A DNA stretch of 64,000 nucleotides, taken from IMG/VR virus record IMGVR_UViG_3300045970_000794, positions 298,103 through 362,102 of that record. One strand, written 5' to 3'. Position numbers and translations under genes: made by a program. Each line of letters opens with the position of its first letter. Position 1 is the first letter of the stretch. The notes below the pieces were generated by a model. The model worked only from the letters and a program-made list of their open reading frames with translations. It searched no databases and had not been told where the DNA came from. Shown piece after piece: positions 62,641-64,000 of the stretch.

Positions 62641-62659
62641 TTAAAAATTTCTTAATACA

Positions 62660-62959
62660 ATGAAAAATAAACAACCATTAAAAAAATCAATAGTGATTGA
62701 ACCTATTATTGATGTTAAAAATGATATTGTAGTTTGGTCTTACAACACAAAACGCAATAAATCACAAATAGTTGATGAATCTAACCAATTAATTAATGAA
62801 ATTGGTGATTATAAACTTGAAAATTTAGATTTAATTAAAAAAATGATAAATCTTCATAATGAATATAGGTTCCCAATAGCTCAACTTACTGACACTAGTA
62901 AAAAAAGTGTTGATATAGCACACCAGTTTTTAATTTTCTTAAAAGAAACAAGTAAATAA
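62660..62959 (+). CDS. hypothetical protein
   Basis: 99-aa ORF. Confidence 0.6.
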   Translation: MKNKQPLKKSIVIEPIIDVKNDIVVWSYNTKRNKSQIVDESNQLINEIGDYKLENLDLIKKMINLHNEYRFPIAQLTDTSKKSVDIAHQFLIFLKETSK

Positions 62960-63029
62960 ACAATAATATGATATTAGTAGCCATTTAGTTGGCTATTAAT
63001 ATTGTAATTTGTAAAAAACTATATGAAAA

Positions 63030-64000
63030 ATGAACGATATAATTATTGATTACAAAAAACATCTTAACATAGGGCTAGGCGGTAGTATAATAACAAATGG
63101 ATTACCATGTATCTCCGCATGGGTAACTGTTGGTTCAAAAATACCGAATGTTCTTCGGACTACCTTATCCAATGAGACACCTAAAATAATTATACCAACT
63201 CCAACAATAAATAACAATAGACAATTAAGTTTTTTAAAGGTTAATAATTACGATACAGTTAGTACAATAGTTTTAATTAATGTAAATAGTGGTGATGGTA
63301 CTAGCTATAACATGAATTTAATTAATGTATTATTATCACCACAAGAAACATTATTTTACACCATTTTAGATGGGTTTTACATTATGGATTATAATGGTAA
63401 AACTAAAAATATACAAAATAATATTGAAGTGACACCCGTTACTGGTATTACTATTAGTGGTACGGTTAATTTAGATTTATACTATACAAAAAATGAATCG
63501 AATCTATTATTATTCGATAAATCTAATATCGGCCATACTCATTCACAATATTTAACTGGATATACAACTGGATATACAATTGATTTAAACTCGTATTCAT
63601 TAACTGGACATACACACACAATCGAATCATTAAGTGGTGTTAGTACTACTATTTTCAATAATTACACTGGTGCTACCAACCCACATGGTATTACAATTAG
63701 TCAGTTGAGTGGCGTATCATTGAATACTTTCACAACATATACAGCGACAACATTAAGTGCAGTTATAACAGCTTTAGATTCTGTATTAGCATATGCTTCT
63801 TTATATGAAAACAATGCAAGTGGAACAACTATAAATGTAAGTAACACAGGCCAAACAGGTTGGGTTACAGCTGTACTCGCTGCGAATCATTTAACTACTT
63901 TAACAAAGAATAGTAAATCTGATAGAATCACAATATTAAGTGGTGCTTCTGGAACATTTCAAATTGGATTTACAGCTAATGTTAGCGTATCAAACACAAC
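63030..64000 (+). CDS. partial structural/tail-fibre-like protein (runs off window)
   Basis: ATG 63030; in-frame GHTHSQYLTG and TGHTH motifs; Thr/Ser/Gly-rich. Confidence 0.55.
   Translation, partial: MNDIIIDYKKHLNIGLGGSIITNGLPCISAWVTVGSKIPNVLRTTLSNETPKIIIPTPTINNNRQLSFLKVNNYDTVSTIVLINVNSGDGTSYNMNLINVLLSPQETLFYTILDGFYIMDYNGKTKNIQNNIEVTPVTGITISGTVNLDLYYTKNESNLLLFDKSNIGHTHSQYLTGYTTGYTIDLNSYSLTGHTHTIESLSGVSTTIFNNYTGATNPHGITISQLSGVSLNTFTTYTATTLSAVITALDSVLAYASLYENNASGTTINVSNTGQTGWVTAVLAANHLTTLTKNSKSDRITILSGASGTFQIGFTANVSVSNT

Overview
AT-rich, gene-dense 64-kb segment that reads as part of a large (jumbo-type) bacteriophage of a Bacteroidota host. The phage call is an inference from >100 short co-oriented hypothetical ORFs, about 20 Bacteroidota-type TTTG...TAnnTTTG promoters, several free-standing homing endonucleases, and scattered host-like genes (sigma-70 and ECF sigma, smpB, rnr, pth2, infC, prs, a CDF transporter, two DUF3494 ice-binding proteins). 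Two diversification systems are visible directly in the sequence. (1) 15505-19790 is an integron-like cassette array: 10 complete and 1 half attC-like hairpin sites (TAAC-NN-arm...arm-4-6 nt-GTTA) delimit 11 cassettes. Each cassette's first 8-10 nt are complementary to its last 8-10 nt. The genes lie antisense, several start inside the site, and two are nested wholly in site loops. No integrase gene lies in the window. (2) 52230-54436 is a compact diversity-generating retroelement: an RT, a 62-nt template repeat and two target genes whose variable repeats differ from the template only at adenines; no avd gene is present. Several homing endonuclease genes are flanked by relic copies of a neighbouring gene's terminus. 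All family assignments come from motif recognition by eye; no database searches were run.
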